Origin: Haliotis rufescens
Lineage: Eukaryota
Direction: 5' to 3'
NCBI RefSeq assembly: GCF_023055435.1
Contig: NW_025964223.1
Coordinates: 37,634,001 to 37,698,000 of the forward strand
Length of the DNA: 64,000 nt
In this document: positions 62,647 through 64,000 of the stretch, piece after piece
Layout of the letters: every line of letters begins with the position of its first letter
How positions within the stretch are numbered: position 1 is the stretch's first letter
Notes under the pieces: model-generated
The model's database searches: none
Told to the model about the DNA's origin: nothing
What the model saw: only the letters and a program-made list of their open reading frames with translations
Made by a program: the position numbers and the translations under genes

Positions 62647-64000
62647 ATGCCGGTGGCCGTGGAGAAGAAGGTGATGTTCTCACCCGAGTGTCTGGAGAAG
62701 TCTCCAGACATCGACGCCAGTTCCGTCATATTCCAGACACTGGTGCCCCGACGCCGGAGAGACCGGTTCGGCCGTGACACAACAAGTCAGTCTGATTATT
62801 TGCTGTCTGCTACATTATTTCCCACCGGAGTCAGGGCGCCTGCCCTTGAGGAGCTGCAGCAAAAGTGTGGCCCCATCAGTCGAATTGAAAAGCCCAGACT
62901 TGTCCCCAGGGGGATAATAGCCTCGGAGTCTTGGCCTGGGTCAGGACCGAAAGTGCTCACCCTGCGGAAAGGGAAAGAGAGCCCGCCTGACAGCCACCGG
63001 TCATCGCAGAACAGGTCTGAAGCTTTGCACTGCAACTTCCGGTCATACCATTGGTCACAGATGATGAAGAAGAGAGATGTCCGAGATCCTATGTATATCA
63101 ATACCTACTGTCCAGATGAAAGACCGCTTCGGTTTAAGGAAACGTCCTTCCCGCGGATTACCAAGGGCAGACCATGGTCGGTCGGGGAATCTAATCCTTC
63201 AAAACGATTTGTGAGGGTAAGGGATGAGAGAAAGAGTGCTGGCCAGCTGACGTGTAAAACCAGAGTTCAGGGGACGCCACTGCACCCGTCTAGGGAGGCG
63301 TTCCACGCAGTTGCTAACAAGGAGGACAGTGAACAGTATTTTGAAGTGAAGCGCGTGTCAGCTGATGAGAGAAGTCGACCCAGGGGGCAGGGGACGTGTC
63401 TGTACTCGCAGGTTCGTCAGTGTATAAGGCTAGCAAGGAATCATGACCCTAGACGGGGGAAAAAGATTGAGCGGCCGATGAAGTCTGAAATAGGCAAATA
63501 CAGACCATTCTCAACAACCCGGATCCGCACCCCCTGTGTCTCCCCACAGCCGCATTCCTCCTACAAGGAACATGATTCGGCTGACACGTATCGAAGTTAC
63601 GTCATTACGAAAGCTCTTCAGACCAAGATGAGCGGATCAAGGTCAGCGGGAACTATTGCTAGTGGGGTCGTGGCCCGCAACAACACCGCTGCATCTACGT
63701 ACTTTGATGTCGAATCTCAGGTGGTTCAATCAGTGGCAGATAGCAACATGCCAGACAGTGACTGTAAAACATTAAGTGGGGTGTCTCACGACTCAGAGAT
63801 GGGACCAGTGACCAGGCACCAACACGACCCCCTGATTATTGGGCTTGACATTCGGGGGTCCACCATCGTCCCACCGAAGTCGAGCAAATCAAAAGCATCA
63901 GATTCAGACTACAACGACAAACCCGTGGTTACTTTCAGTCCCAAGAAAGAAGCTATTACAACGAGATGCCGCAAAAGATCCAAGACGTCCACCAAGTCAG
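62647..64000 (+). CDS. Uncharacterised protein, more than 450 codons, runs off the window end (MPVAVEKKVMFSPECLEKSPDIDASS...)
   Basis: Manually translated with no stop from ATG 62647 to 64000; polypyrimidine acceptor ending at 62531; candidate upstream donor CAG|GTGAGT at 61266; absent from the ORF track because it lacks a stop. Confidence 0.75.
   Translation, partial: MPVAVEKKVMFSPECLEKSPDIDASSVIFQTLVPRRRRDRFGRDTTSQSDYLLSATLFPTGVRAPALEELQQKCGPISRIEKPRLVPRGIIASESWPGSGPKVLTLRKGKESPPDSHRSSQNRSEALHCNFRSYHWSQMMKKRDVRDPMYINTYCPDERPLRFKETSFPRITKGRPWSVGESNPSKRFVRVRDERKSAGQLTCKTRVQGTPLHPSREAFHAVANKEDSEQYFEVKRVSADERSRPRGQGTCLYSQVRQCIRLARNHDPRRGKKIERPMKSEIGKYRPFSTTRIRTPCVSPQPHSSYKEHDSADTYRSYVITKALQTKMSGSRSAGTIASGVVARNNTAASTYFDVESQVVQSVADSNMPDSDCKTLSGVSHDSEMGPVTRHQHDPLIIGLDIRGSTIVPPKSSKSKASDSDYNDKPVVTFSPKKEAITTRCRKRSKTSTKS

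Overview
Repeat-rich animal genomic DNA. It is probably a marine mollusc and possibly abalone-like; this is an inference from the SINE families and was not verified. The host content is a 9-coding-exon PRDM4 gene on the minus strand (CDS 49161..29583, ~1216 aa: PR knuckle, PR/SET, 7 zinc fingers) and an unannotated ORF of more than 450 codons running off the right edge (62647+). The rest is nested mobile DNA. The best-preserved element is an ISL2EU-type (PIF/Harbinger-related) DNA transposon (3835..10705) with perfect TIRs and an AT/TA target duplication. It holds a spliced THAP-DDE transposase and a convergent spliced SAP-like/SWIM/YqaJ exonuclease gene. Between these lies an RT-less Penelope remnant containing a minimal U3:A8 hammerhead-ribozyme module, which recurs at ~54140. 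Also present are two IS3EU-like non-autonomous elements that differ by an internal inversion, a decayed Gypsy with a MYND finger, a DIRS1 element with ITRs and ICR, Tc1 and mariner relics, Kolobok-, MULE-, pogo-, P- and Helentron-type non-autonomous elements, LINE fragments, SINEs and many minisatellites. No prokaryotic features or CRISPR arrays are present.
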